A program made the position numbers and the translations under genes. Positions 1 through 13,124 of a DNA stretch of 64,000 nucleotides are shown here, one piece after another. Within the stretch, counting starts at the first letter, position 1; each line of letters starts with the position of its first letter. The DNA comes from Botryllus schlosseri (Eukaryota), in the NCBI GenBank assembly GCA_051294905.1, contig CM119372.1, positions 37,016,001 through 37,080,000 on the forward strand, read 5' to 3'. Below the pieces are notes generated by a model, which searched no databases, was not told the DNA's origin, and saw only the letters and a list, made by a program, of their open reading frames with translations.

Positions 1-17
1 AAATGCAAGCTGTAAAG

Positions 18-937
18 CAGGGCTGGCCAACCTTTTCAGCCAAAGGGCCACATTTGATTGACGAACTGATGCGCGGGCCATTAGCCGCGCGAAGCGCGAA
101 AAACTCTAGAAGTTCATAGTTCAATAATATTGTCACTTGACTATATTGCGGGCCTGCTGTATATCGCTGCGCTCAGTTTGCAAGGAATGGACTATTCGGC
201 GACTGGACATATATCGATATCGGAAGCTTCGACCAACATGCGTCAATCATTTTGTGACTAGGTTTCATATCACTGTAATTTCAAGACGTGCAGTTAGACA
301 CCACATTTAAACATATTTTACGTGTTCCCAATATTGTGTGTGCAAATGCATAATGTAGTATCTACCCAACACCTCTAATTCAGAATCAGACACCACATTA
401 TGCATTTTATACACAATATTGAGAACACATAAAATATGTTGACATGTGGTGTCTGACTGCTCGCCTCGAATTTAGAGTGATAGTCGACGGTCTTTCTGCG
501 AGCGCAAACGCAAGGTCGCATATGTTGAACGACACTTTGTCTCGTAATCGCGAATATAGTTAGACTCAATCTGATACATTAGGCGTTCTTTCATTTTCAC
601 AAAGGCGTAACAATATCAAAAGCAAGAAATCGAGTGACAACATGTTGCGCGAAGCGTGTAGAAGTTTATACTTTTGATAAATCTATCGCAAATTATTCTC
701 CTTGATTGTAGTGTACGAAGATCTACCAAAATGTGACTGGCTCATGAATCTGCTAATGCGTCGGAACTGATATTTTAGTCATCACATCTCAAGTGTGGCG
801 GCCGGACTAATCAAATTTTTGGTTGGCCTTGCAAGTTCACAATCTTTGCAATCCATTTTTGATAATATTACTAATTTCGGAAATTACCTCGCGGGCCACT
901 CAAAACCTTCCTGCGGGCCACGGGTTGGCCGGCCCTG
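18..937. mobile_element. Non-autonomous hAT (Buster-type) MITE with an internal palindrome
   Basis: TIRs CAGGGCTGGCCAACC / GGTTGGCCGGCCCTG. Perfect 8-bp TSD CTGTAAAG at 10-17 and 938-945. Subterminal GCGGGCC motifs. Internal inverted repeat ~290-357 vs ~395-459. Confidence 0.9.
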
Positions 938-1196
938 CTGTAAAGCGACAGCGGTTGAATAATATTCGTTTTTCTGATATTTATATTGGAAATATTATCA
1001 TTGATAGTTTTTTTGCTTCGTATGCTAGTTGCACAATTTTTTTGTCCTAAAATAGATGTCGACCGGGGTGGGTGAGACTGAGTCGCACTTTGAAATGTGA
1101 ACATAAACCTGTCAGTGAACCATTTTCTGAGGTATGCAATCTATTCGACAAATCGATAGTTGGATCATTGTCAATATTCTGGCAAAATTACCGCAA

Positions 1197-1335
1197 AGTA
1201 TGGAATGTATGGAAAAAAATTCCACAACATACTTGGAAATTTCCATACCATACTATACTTGCACATTTCCATATTCCATACCGCAATTTCGTTCCATAGC
1301 ATACCATACTTCCATACCATACCATACCCTGCCTG
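1197..1335. repeat. CCATA-motif array, probable MITE end remnant
   Basis: Repeated CCATAC/TATGG motifs ending in CCATACCCTGCCTG. No partner TIR found. Confidence 0.5.
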
Positions 1336-2163
1336 TATAACGACAACTGAACACATTTTCGCAGGTTTTACCTATGTGTCTTGTCATCAGTCATTTTGCG
1401 TTAACGTGAAATTTCGAAAGTAGCCATCTCCGCATGCTAAAAGTATCCAACCCGTGGACCGATGCTACTTTTGACACGACTTACTTGAGTGCTTTTTATA
1501 CTTTTCATTTTCTATAGGCAGGAGAAGAAGTTCTAACATGTCTGAGAAATTCCTACTTCTCTTCCTAATAGTAAAAATAATTATAGTGGTAATTACGTAG
1601 CATAAAATTTCCGGCGTTTCTTCCGCATACGCATGAGTAGCAACGTAGACTAGTTTGACCATATTGTCCTATATGGTGTGGGAGGACACAAGCAAATCTC
1701 ACGGCTCAGTGAAATTGGTTACGTCGCAATTTCCATTTTATCAAAGGCAATTTGACGGTGATTTTTGACCGGCTTGCCGAGCATTAAATTTGGTAAAATG
1801 GGTGTCAATCGAAAGCTACCGCAATACTAATTGCGAAATAGAAATTTTATTCTGTTCGTGGTCCTGGAACCTCGCAAAATCAGCCTCGAATGTTGCATTA
1901 TAACGGAGTTTTGTATTGTGACGCAACAATGCCGACTGGGTGCAGTTAAGGAGCAACGCAAACCACAAGCGTGTTGGCCATTGTTGCGCAACAGATTGAG
2001 CATTCACACTCTCACTCTCGTGCGCACTTGCTCCTGAGCTGCTAAGACCAGAGTAGACGGACATCGTGTGTTCACGGTCGCAGGTTGAACACGCCTTTTA
2101 TAGTTGACAATTACCACTGTTCATAAGATAAGCCATGATTACGATTCGTACGCGCAAACTCAC

Positions 2164-2313
2164 CTCCATTTCGATTGCGTCACCGTCATCCCTCCATTGC
2201 AATAGAAACCCTGGACCTAATGCCCTAGCATTGGACCACTCTTCGGACATAGCGCTGCCTGACAGCGCAAGAAAAACGATGAATATTGAACAATACATAC
2301 CTGTAACATACAT
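2164..2313 (-). CDS. DOMON-domain protein, paralog A, first coding exon (remaining exons presumably left of the window)
   Basis: ATG at 2313. Encodes MYVTGMYCSIFIVFLALSGSAMSEEWSNARALGPGFLLQWRDDGDAIEME (signal peptide plus first DOMON strands). Phase-0 donor GAG|GTGAGT. 14/150 nt differences from paralog B exon 1. Confidence 0.8.
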
Positions 2314-3032
2314 ATAGTTCGATTCCAATCTAATTATGCAGTCAGAACTAATCAAACGTCAATTTGCACTGTATTGACCAACTTAGATATTATGTATTTC
2401 GATCAACAAAACACCATACACCTCTCGGAAATCGCAATGTAAAATTACGATAACGAATACAGCTATTCATTACCCTTAAAATGTTGTTGTTCTGAAATCT
2501 CACGAAGCACCAAGTACAATTTGCCCGGGGCCTTGTACATAGTTATTTTAAATCATACGATATCGAATGATTCCATTCCCACTGAAGTGACGTCGAAAAT
2601 TTTAAGTGTGTATAAACTACCATAGATCTATATTTAGGCAATTTCGGAAGAACAAGTTTTTTATATTGGATCTGCGACTGCGGTGCAACACATGTGGAGC
2701 ACACGGTTGTTCAAACTTCGTATGACTCGCGAATCATGCCCTAAAGTTTAGGGTCAAAACAAACCGGCAATGTAAGTTACGCCTGAATTATATGCTTCTG
2801 TGACTGTTTGTTCTAAAGAAAATTCTGTGTACTTGTTTTGGTGGTTTTCAGCTATTTGGCTATTTATGCATTTTCGGCGCGTGCTGGACGTAAGGAGACC
2901 TGTTTATAATTTATTGAAATTTTACGCCTTCTGAAACCTTTGTTTGAAACTAATGTACGATTGTATTCGTTGCACCAGGTAAACCTAATATCGACAGCGT
3001 GTTGGCGATACGACTGCGCTACTTGACATGGT

Positions 3033-4670
3033 CAATCAATCAATCAATCAGGTTTATTCATATTTTCATCGTTTCAAAACATCACAAGACCGCGAAAGAA
3101 TGAAAAGATAGGAAGGTGTCGAAACAACTTGGAGTAGCCTTTAAGATCAGACACCCACCTTAGCCTGAGCCAGTGGTTCCCAACCGAGGGGGAGAATTCC
3201 CCCCTTGGGGGGCATTTTGAAATTTTTAGGGGAAATCCGGCTTTCGCATTGTATCGGAAGATACACTGCGTTCACAAGGTTTTTAGATTTTTATGGGATG
3301 GAACTGTTAAGTAGAAATTAGTTCTTTACAATTGTATGTTTCTTTGGCGGATTTCAAGCTACGAGTATGTTTAAATGCCTTCCGTATATATTACACACCC
3401 TGATAAAGTGAGGCTCACGAGACGATTTCGTTGGGTCCGCGACAGCCTCTCGACCAAATTTCTGCTAAGCAGGAAAACGTCAAGCCGAATTCAGCACAAG
3501 GCCGCTAGTGAAATTGTTCAACTTTTTAGGCCAATATATGAGCTAACGTGAAAAACATACCGTACCAAATTCATCGATTTAACTCAAGTCCATAGCAAGA
3601 GGACTTGGTGATTTATCTTTCGTCAGCGGCTACCCGACCGGTCAAAAAACAGGTCAAATTTGACTGTACTTTACCTAAGTTTAGTGCGGTCCGCATTGGC
3701 CATAGTTCGGACATATCTGAATATGTTTGGCCAAGGGGGGCACGAGACGAAAAAGGTTGGGAACCACTGGCCTACGCGAAGTAAATAAGAGGCATGCACA
3801 CTGAATGAAAAGTAATCAAGAGAATATAAGACGCAAGCGATAAAATGGGGTGGTATGTGGCGGAGGGCGAGGTCGACGTTAGGTCGTGGTTCGCTAATCC
3901 TGAAGACTGGCTAGTATTGATTTAGAAGAAATTGCTTGTATTTCGACTTGAATACGAACATGCTCGACGACTGTCGGATAGCCGGCGAGATGCTGTTCCA
4001 CGATTGGGGTCCGGCATACTTGATAGAGCAATGCATTTTCTTGTATTCAGTCCTGATCATATGGTAGTTGTTCTTCGTTGACGCGCGTATGCTGTACTTG
4101 TGCGCTTTTGTCTCCGAGGTAAAGTAGTCGTTGAAATTTGAGGGACATTGACCGCAAAGGAACTGATACATAGACTTAGCAATTTCTAGCTTCCTCATAT
4201 CTTCTAAGTTTAATTAGAACACCAAATCGTTGGAGAAGCGATTTATCAGTTGCACATCCAGGCCCTCGTGGGGCTTTGGCAGTGATACGGATGATCCGAG
4301 GTTGAAGTTTTTGCAGTGGGTCAATTGTATTCTTGCAGGCAGCACCCCAACAAAGAATAGTAACTTTGATAGAAATAGAGTGTTGAAGAGTATCAACAGC
4401 ACGCAGACTGGCAGAGTGTATCTAAGGCAGCGAAATAGACCACATATCTTCGATAGTTGTGGTTTGAGTGATTGTATGTGACTCTTCCAGGACATGTCCG
4501 AATCCAGTAAAACGCTAAGGTATTTGGCATTTTTAGTGATGGAAATTGGTTGACCAGCGATGTCAACGGTTAGGTTATCGCAGGAGTTCACGACCAATAA
4601 TTGGGATTTCGCAGCGTTAACACGAAGGCTATTATGGGACGTCCACTCATGCACTTTGGGCATTTGATCA
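3033..4670 (-). mobile_element. 5'-truncated CR1/L2-group LINE (RT C-terminus, 3' UTR, (TTGA)n tail)
   Basis: Frameshifted ORFs 4214-4732 (W..N.LRVNAAKS..KYLSVLLDSDMSWKSHI) and 3911-4198 (YAGPQSWNSI..FKSKYKQFLL*). AATAAA-(TGAT)n tail at the 3033 end. Absent from the paralogous site at ~22500. Confidence 0.85.
3171..3769. mobile_element. hAT MITE nested in the LINE 3' UTR (same family as 47764-48451)
   Basis: TIR CAGTGGTTCCCAACC / GGTTGGGAACCACTG. TSD GCCTGAGC/GCCTACGC. Confidence 0.85.
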
Positions 4671-5239
4671 CGGGTCATCAAGTCTACCGACACTAAGTGG
4701 TTGAGTTCTGATTGAATATATACATTATACACACAAGCATAGCAAAGACAATAAAAGAAAATTTGTAGTTTGGAACAACGGAAACTTTATGAATTAAACC
4801 AATGTCTAGTTAAGAACACAATCAGTCAAGTCATTTTAAGTATAATATTTGCGTATGCAAGCCAGTACAACTTGAAAACGTAACTATCATATCATGTTCA
4901 TATTTATAAAAAAAATTAATATATATCTTGCTCACATATAAATATAGTACATAGATAGATCTGTGACGACAATACTATTTATATAATACATACATATCAC
5001 ATATAGCTCTTTCAATAAAGTGAGGCTCTCATGAAAATAGAGGAGCTTCATGAACGTACAGACCATCAATATACAACTGAAGAGTATGTACCAGGGGTGG
5101 GCAAACTTGCTTCATGCGCGAACCGCATATCAAAACCTTGGTTCTAAAATAGCCACAGCACAGAAATTCAAAATGTCGGCCTTCGAATTAAGTCTAATAT
5201 TGTCATTGTGTCGTGATATGGTTCGTCCCTACCTAGGCT

Positions 5240-6525
5240 CAGACGTGGTCAAAGTAGTCAAGAAATCTACTCAAGTAGAAGTAGAAGTAGCGACGAAAAT
5301 ATCTACTCAAATACGAGTAGAAGTACTTCCTCCATAAGCAACCTAAAACTACTTGAAGTAGAAGTAGAATTGACTGACTTTAAAAGTACTCAAGTAAGTA
5401 AGTAGTTCTGAAAACGATCCTAATTCGTTCACATGGATTGTAAAAAGGTGCCAATGGAGCTATGCGATAGGTGACGAGCTTGATTCATATTGATGCATAC
5501 CAGCAGGTATCCAATTTTCGATAGCGAAAGTATTCGTCCACATCATGGGATGAAAATGATAGTATTGATATGGAAATGCGATGCTAATCCTCTGTTTTCT
5601 CGAACAGCACGTTCTAGAAAATAGCATGGTATGGCGCCATTCCCCATATTATAAGGCCCGTAGTTTAGTCGAAGAGCATTACGGAGACGTTGTATAGGAT
5701 ACGGTGTAAACACTTTGCGCGATAAGTACACGTTAATATAAAATATGGTGGACCATAAAAATGCCATATTGTGTAGCTTTATTTCCAGAAATTAAAGGCA
5801 TTACTACTCCTGCGTTTATGCTTCAACATGTATGTTATCCAGACAAAAGAACTGATAATAATTATAACTCAAAGTATATGATACTGGAAAATGAGAGTGA
5901 AAGATAAATACTACTTCAAAAAGCAGAACATGTATTTCATGTTTTTAGTCCAGAAAGTTTCAAAGGTGGTATGCTAAAACAGCTCTTAAACTAAAAAAAA
6001 GTCAGAGTCCACTTTTCCTGATTTGGACACGCCATGGACATGCTAGATTACAATATGACAAGTAAATGCTAGATTGCGAAACATCAGTTTCAAACGTTAT
6101 GATGAGCCATATATACTGTGATGAAATATTTGATATGGACGAAGGGCGACAATTTGGTGTAAACGGAACCACGCCAACCAGAATTATATTCATCGATATT
6201 TTCGTGAAATCATACTGGTCACTCCGTATCCAGGACTGCGCGCGAAGCGCGACGAAAATTCTGGGCTTTACTAAACTTTTATGAAAATTTAATGTTGATA
6301 CACCGTGAAAACAGCCCCCAAATTCCTCAGGTTATCTTCCTGATTGGAAGATTGAACTACTTCTACTTGACAAACTGAAAATAGCGAAAAGTAAGTAAGT
6401 AGATAACAAAATATTACGAAGTAGAAGTAGCGAAAATCAGATCTACTTGAGTAAGTACCAGAAGTAGAGGAAAACTACTTGAGTACTTCGAAAAAGTAGA
6501 AGTACTTCGTTACTGACCACCTCTG
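5240..6525. mobile_element. hAT MITE with AGTAG/AGTA subterminal arrays, nested in 5092-7304
   Basis: TIR CAGA(C/G)GTGGTCA / TGACCACCTCTG. Perfect TSD CCTAGGCT. Inverted sister copy at 29755-31315. Confidence 0.9.
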
Positions 6526-6609
6526 CCTAGGCTTCGTGGTGATTGAAATCAGACTGATACGACGTGCGGAGCAGTTCCTTCAATTGCTGCTGAGCATTCA
6601 AGGAAAATT

Positions 6610-6840
6610 TCAGCGCAGTAATCCTATTACTCCGTAAATCTGTCTTCCCGTTGGGTAACTAGTGGCGAAGTTTTGATAGTTAGTTTTGTAGTGAAGTTTC
6701 AAGTTACTGGTATTGTAATTATTTAGCGAATCATGACATATCAGGCACGGTGGCTCACCTCCATTATTCCTGAATGCAAACTCTTCTCCAATTCTGTTCT
6801 CTTTTTCCTGTTCATACTTTAATACTTTCAATTCTTTCAA
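6610..6840 (-). pseudogene. hAT transposase N-terminal (zinc-finger) fragment
   Basis: ENR..EEFAF..GGEPPCLICHDSL....SNLKLHYKTN resembles the N-terminal CxxC..H region of GTF2IRD2/Buster-like transposases. Confidence 0.75.
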
Positions 6841-7566
6841 TTATCGCTCAACAACATGTTTTAGGCCAAACTCTGCATTTATTGCTACCCTTTACAATAC
6901 AAATGGGAAGACCCGTATTCACCATTGTTAGCCAGGAAATGATCATGACCTGAACTCCCATGACTAATTATATATCAAATTCATTGTTCAACTTTTAACA
7001 CAATGATTTATGATTGATTGATGGTAATTGACCATGCACCCTTGTTGCGGGTGTCACGTTTATGTGAGCTTGATTCTAGATTTCAATTGTAAAGCTCCGA
7101 CCCTGTATTGCCACCTTCCCCTGAATTTTACAAGGTTTTACGTAAACCATAAGGAAAGAAACAACACGAAAACAATACACATGTGGACGATACATGATAG
7201 AATGCATCAATTTATAACTACGTTAAACCTCTGGCAATACGCATTTGCAACCAATAAAGAGCCGCACTCAAATGCTCGAAGAGCCGCAGTTTGCCCATCT
7301 TTTGGTATATACAATTCAGTACACGATTCAATTGTATATCGAAAAATAGAAGTAATCAATTACCCAGTAGCATCTGTCTTAACTGTGTTAAACGTGTGCA
7401 ATCTGACTCCGCAAGGTTACTATAGGATTCGCTGCGTAAATCTTCCTATCGATGGACCGGCATCCAAGGCAGTGAACGGCTTTGACTGACGTATACGACA
7501 GAGCCTGGCTCGTACACACGTACATCAAAATCACGCGAAAAACTTTCTTTGTTCTGTCTCCACTAC

Positions 7567-8875
7567 CAGACTTGGACAACTAGAAAATTTTCAGCTTTTC
7601 CAAATTAGATTAAAATTAGAATTAGAGCCTCACAGATTTCTCCAAATTAGATTAGAATTAGAATTCGAGCTACACACTTTTTCCAAATTAGATTAGAATT
7701 AGAATTAGAATTATTACTGAATTCGCAAAAACCTGGAATAGAATAAAATTGCGAATGAGAAATGAATACAGCCAAACGTTCAGTTCATATCACATCACTG
7801 TGCATTCCCATAACCATGACAATAGTTATGACAATGGTTATCGTCTGTTCACCAAGCTTGGCTCGTTTTGCTCTGCACCAGGGGCCATCAACACGAGGTC
7901 ATATTTTGCAGCCGAATATCTTATTTTTGATTCTGGAAGAATCGGAAATGAAGCATTTTGAAGTGATGAAATTGATTTCAGTCTCAAATTATTGTTGTTG
8001 TTTCAAAAATAAGCTATTTGCCCGTGCCCAACAACACTAATCCTCACTAGCTGAAATGGCTTCGGCGATGGCAACAGCATTCCATAGATGGAGAGTCAGC
8101 TGATATTAATAAGCATATTTCCTTGACGTGCGATTACTCGGACACTGCTCAAACCGAGAAGCTTAGAAAACGGCCTAGGGTCATGCCTACAAGTCTATAG
8201 TCATTAGTCATGGCTACGAGTTCTCGAGCAGCAGCAGCCTTGAGATGAGGAAAACGATGATCTCTTTTCCAGTAACTCAAAACATCACGCAGTCCATGCT
8301 CTCACTCTATGCTGCGAAATATCTTGCCACCTCGTCCTCTAATGTATTTTCCCTGGTTAGATCTGAAGTAATCATCCTCTTTTTTGTTGGTGTAGTTGAG
8401 AGCATGAAAGTGACCAAGCTTGTGATAGCTATATATATTTATTTGCTGTTGTTCTGTTTGTAATCGAAACTAGAATGTTGCTCGCATAGCCTACTACAAG
8501 CTACCATGCCAGCATGGCTATCATTCGTCGCACAATACCTACTATGACCATACGGTGTAAGTAATGCGATGGCGACTTGTCACTAGATTTCCCTGTGCGA
8601 GAGGGATATACTTGTTAACTCGCTGCAAAATGCCGCGGAAAAATTGGCATTTTCAGGACAACAATAAATTAGATTATAATTAAAATTAGAGCCTAGAAAC
8701 ATTTCACAAATTGGATAAGAATTAGAATTAGAGCACAAGAACAAATCGTAAATTAGATTCAAATTAGAATTAGAGCGTCGAAACATTTCGCAAATTAGAT
8801 TAGAATTAGATTAGTGGCATTTCGCTCTAATTTAGTGAAATTAGACAACTAGAATTATTTAGTTGTCCAAGTCTG
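7567..8875. mobile_element. MITE with AATTAG subterminal arrays
   Basis: TIR CAGACTTGGACAACTA / TAGTTGTCCAAGTCTG. TSD TCCACTAC/TCCAACAC. AATTAG repeats near both ends. Confidence 0.85.
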
Positions 8876-9253
8876 TCCAACACTTGTAAATTAATTGAAT
8901 CGTTCCAAAATCACGATGAATGAATATGACCGAATTATTGAATGAATATTTACGTTGCATCAAACAAATATATATATACATATTTTCCCCTAAACATATT
9001 ATATCACATAACATGTCCTGTTGGGTTGATCATTTCCTGTAACACGTTTCGAGATGCTACATGATAAGCATAACACAGCGTTACCAACATATTTCATTTC
9101 CTGTCATGTTTCAAAATATTTCACTGACTTTATTCTACTTAGTATTACCAAATTAATTACCAAGATATATACTGTAAAAGTTATCACATCAAAATCTATT
9201 ATCATCATCTGCATGGTATTTCGGAAGAAACATACATTGTTGATGGTCTTTAC

Positions 9254-9510
9254 CAGACTTGCACAAACTACTGATCTAGTTAGTTTGCGATCAACAAACT
9301 ACTGTTTTTTTTTAGTAGTCCTAGTTCTAGTTCTATAGTTGCAGATTTTAAAAATTGAGTACTTCTAGTTCTATCTCTAGTTGCGGATTTAAAAAATTGA
9401 GTATTTCTAGTTCTAGTTCTAGTTGCGGACATTGAAAAGCGCGCAGCTCTAGTTTCTAGTTATATATATAGTTGCACATCTGAACAAAATATTAGTTGTC
9501 AAACTAGTAA
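9254..9510. mobile_element. Left end of a related MITE with a TTCTAG array
   Basis: Starts CAGACTTGCACAAACTA, followed by (TTCTAG)n. Right end not located. Confidence 0.55.
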
Positions 9511-10064
9511 GAGGCATGTGTGGTCGGTTTGCGTGAATCGAGATAACGGTTTTCTGTTGAGTGACGTTTGTGCAGCCATTGCTAGCTCAGAGTCATCACT
9601 GCCAACAGTGGCGTAGCAAGCAGGCGGATTTTGAGTCGAAATCTCACCCATTTCAAACTCGAAACCTCATCCTATTGAAATGTCCATTCTATGTCTGATA
9701 TTTCATATAAAATAATATTATTGCCTAGCCTCGTAGAATGAAATCCAGTTCAGCACGATTCCTAACATTTACTAACTTGAGAACCCCCATATGCCAGAGG
9801 TGGCAAATATTTTTCTTAGAATCTGAAGCAGGAAATACGTTGGTGGGCTAAACCAAAAGCTTACACTGCATTCTGCGGTATAAATTCTATTCATTTCTAA
9901 ATTGAAAGCACTGAGTGGATGTGTTACTGTTAGACAATTCGGAAGTTAGAGTTAATGTACAAAAAGAATATTTATCCCTCGTAATTATTCAAGCAACTGT
10001 AAACAAGAAACACTGTTATCTCATTTTAATCACACCAACGCCCAGTTACGCCCTTCTATTAGAT

Positions 10065-11621
10065 CAGGGATCACCAGCCTTTTTGCAACCCCTTTAACCC
10101 ATACCAGACTTAATTCCACTTTTGTATTCATAGCACTGAGCAGGAATCACATTGTGTGAATGTGGAAGACCTCCTAATATAGTCGATGTAAAGAGATTCA
10201 CAATAGTTTTTAGACAGCTTTATTTTTGCGTCCTCAAGACAGCCAGTTCAGACAAGAGAGAGGCATGCATTGTCATCGCTCCACCAAGTGGCGGCCCTAG
10301 AAATAACATTATTATCACAATAGTAACTAACAATCATCGCATACACCCTTAATGGGTGGGCTGTCACATGAAGACTTCTAAGACAGTCTTGTAAAATCAA
10401 AACATCCGAATTCCACTAGCTAAACACAAGCATTTTTAAGAAACCATGAATCACTTCGCACCATGTCTGTATAAATTATGCAACAACAGTGAACTTTAAC
10501 TTGTAAATGAATACTATCACACTTTTGAATGGACATCATGTTATCTGTTTCTATAATAGTCCGTGGAAAGCCTTGCATTGCATGCTATCAACTAGTACGC
10601 TGTACTCTGACACCAATGATCCCTTTAATTTTTCACGAGTTTGCACGCACTGACCAACTCACTGCGCGGTCCCTTGAAAAAAAAAAGGTCATCCCTTCGG
10701 CTTTCTTGTGGGCGGCACACGTTTTTCTGTGCGCGGCGACTTTAAATGCAGTGCGCGGCCGCGCACGCACGCAGCTGAGAGGGAACAGTGCTTGACACTG
10801 CAACTGTGAGTGAATCTTCCTGATATGCATCATGGAGGCTGTTCTGTGTTTGTTTTTGATGAATTGCATGTCAGAAAAAGCTGATTCACAACGATAAGTT
10901 GAACCAAACTTGCTTGCAACCTTTGTAGCTGCTACGCATACACCACTGTACTATTCCGTGTCAACAAGGAACCAAAAGTTTGGTGCAGCCTGTTGGGCTA
11001 TGAGGTGGAGGTCATTTTGCAGTGTTACAATTTTAATATCTAACTGTTCAGCATACAGGCTCCATATATTTCGTTTTACAGGACAGCAGCAATGATTACC
11101 GAAAGTTAGAAACATGGGACTAAACTGCTTTAAGTGTACGAGAAACAAGCTGTGTCACAAGATGCAATACGTAATGGGCATACAGCTATTGAAAATCTGC
11201 TAGTGCATCACGGCTATCTGCTACCGAATAGTAATGTTGTTTGCTCATTTGGCATTGTCCTGGACGTCAAGCCACCATAACGGAACCCATCGCCATTTCA
11301 AGAAGACCTTGGATGGCATTCCGTCATGTCGCCTGCATAGGCAGTGTGCCGTCTTCTCAATCTTGTGATTCGATTACATGTTGTTATATTACTAATTGTA
11401 ATTGAAAATATTTGATATAATCATTTAAGTGTTAATGTATATGTATTGTCATTTGCAAGTGATATGTTAGTATGATTTAAAAAAGAATAGCTAAATCAAT
11501 CAATCAATCAGCTCACTGGTCAGTGCTGCTATTCGATTTATTTTTAGAACAGCCTCGCGGGCTACTCATCTGGTCCTAACGGGCTACCTGGGGCTCGCGG
11601 GCACCGCGTTGTTGACCCATG
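10065..11621 (-). mobile_element. Degenerate hAT element with a transposase C-terminal remnant
   Basis: Ends CAGGGATCACCA / GTTGACCCATG. TSD-like TATTAGAT/TATTAATT. GCGGGC subterminal motifs. Confidence 0.65.
10800..11148 (-). pseudogene. hAT transposase C-terminal dimerization-domain fragment
   Basis: Minus-strand translation ..LQNDLHL..NFWFLVDTE*YSGVCVAATKVASKFGSTYRCESAFSDMQFIKNKHR contains the FGSTYxCExxFS hATC motif, with an in-frame stop. Confidence 0.8.
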
Positions 11622-11773
11622 TATTAATTAGATCATCAAAAAGTACGGGATATTACAACCCGAGCAGTGTGTAGTTTGGTGAAATGGCCTTGTTGTGTTG
11701 ATAGTTTCGCAGCCAGGTTTGCCGAAATTCGCCTTTTCGAAATCTCAGTCAAGTGACAATTAAGGCACAAGAA

Positions 11774-13124
11774 CAGGGGTGGGCAATTATTTTCCTCCGC
11801 GGGCCAAATGAGAAGTAGAAAATACGTTGGCGGGCCGAGTGAAAATTATAGCTATATTTTCCAGCGTATTTTAATTTTATTTCTAAACTATATTGTTTTT
11901 AATGCTGCTCAGTGAATGTGTTGATGTTAGGTAACGAGAAAGTGGTGGTTAATTAAAAAAATATGTATCTGTCGTCATGACTCGAAACAATGTTAAACAT
12001 GATACATTTTTAACTCTAATTAAACCCCTATCCACGTTCTTCTACCAAGACACTAAAACAGTGGTTCTCAAACTTTTTTGGACACCATTCCATTTATGAT
12101 AGTGAAACATTTCGCCCCCCTCCTATCATGATATCACAAAATATTAAAAAGAGCAAAGAGGATTCTAGCATCCCAACGGATGGTTTGGTGGCATGAAAGT
12201 TATGGCTGATGATGACATAATTCTGAAATATCAAAGTCGGACAATACGCAGAACAATAACTTATACCCCATAATTCACGGGGTAAATCGCGCCGAGCGCG
12301 AAAAAAAAGTCATTCAACTTCGACTTCGCGCCCCTCTTCAGATGCTTTCACGCCCTCCAGCTCGAGAACCACTGCACTGAAATGTATATGGCATAGTACA
12401 AAGTTTATTGTCTCGGTCGCTGCCTTCCGAGCAGTGTTCACCTCAAATAGCCTTGATGTTGAGCAAAGCCTGCAGTTTTTCTGAAATTCGCCCTCCCTTG
12501 ACCGAGTGTTTCGTGTTTTTGCCATAACTAAAATTCTTAATCTCGGCGACATGTTCGGCAAAAACTAAAAGGACGGGTTTACTCCTAACTCCAGTATACA
12601 AATATTTAGTGCTCTAACCTTCTTTGAATTTTAGCTTTCGGCTTATTTTTTGACATGCCCGTTCATCCTTTATGGGTGATATATATGATGAGTCATAGTA
12701 ATGACGAGCACTGATTGACTTGTTTCACGAATTAGCGATTTGGAAACGCCTCACGTAGCAATTCGAAACACATACGGTATAATGCGTAATGCGACATTGG
12801 CAAGAAAGAAGGTTTGACCTAAACTACTTGGAAAAGGTGATTTCTTATGACATTAATTCCTACTCATGCTTTTCCACATTGCCTTTATTTAGAATCTGAA
12901 TTATGCATGCGAGGTACGTAGGCAGCGTAATAGTAGCATATTAATGAACAACCTTCGAAGTAAACGAATTTCCCGTATAGTTGGTACAGCCTATGGTTTG
13001 AGTGCACGCGTCAACATTAGAAAAGCAGGTTTTATGTTATGAATTCCAAACAACCTTTCGCGGGCCGCACAGAATGGCTTCGCGGGCCGCATTTGTCCCG
13101 CGGGCCGCACTTTGCCCAGGTCTG
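11774..13124. mobile_element. hAT MITE
   Basis: TIR CAGGGGTGGGCAA / TTGCCCAGGTCTG. TSD CACAAGAA/CACTAGAA. GCGGGCC arrays. Inserted at the 5' edge of the Dong-like LINE relic. Confidence 0.85.
12059..12374. mobile_element. Small hAT MITE nested in 11774-13124 (same family as 28983-29268)
   Basis: TIR CAGTGGTTCTC / GAGAACCACTG. TSD CACTAAAA/CACTGAAA. Confidence 0.85.

Larger units (their letters stand above)
5092..7304 (-). mobile_element. Internally deleted hAT (Buster/GTF2IRD2-like) transposon
   Basis: TIR CAGGGGTGGGCAAAC, right end GTTTGCCCATCTTTTG. TSD GTATGTAC/GTATATAC. Carries a transposase N-terminal remnant. A shorter paralogous copy is at 22893-23359. Confidence 0.85.
1332..9253. repeat. 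Local segmental duplication, copy A (paralogous to ~20972-23494)
   Basis: Colinear similarity of intron, exon 1 and upstream DNA, e.g. CGACAACTGAA..GCAGGTT, GGATCTGCGACTGCGGTGC and CAGGTAAACCTAATATCGACAGCGTGTTGGCGATACGACTGCGCTACTTGA. Copy A is expanded by extra TE insertions. Confidence 0.9.

Noticed and set aside
1395..1470. Minus-strand HRSTGWILLA peptide as exon 2 of paralog A
   Set aside because: Not conserved in copy B, where the true exon 2 lies ~1.5 kb further on. The frame also hits a stop.
5240..8875. Short repeat arrays as CRISPR or telomeric repeats
   Set aside because: They are irregular 5-6-mer motifs confined to MITE subtermini. There is no repeat-spacer periodicity, and the DNA is eukaryotic.
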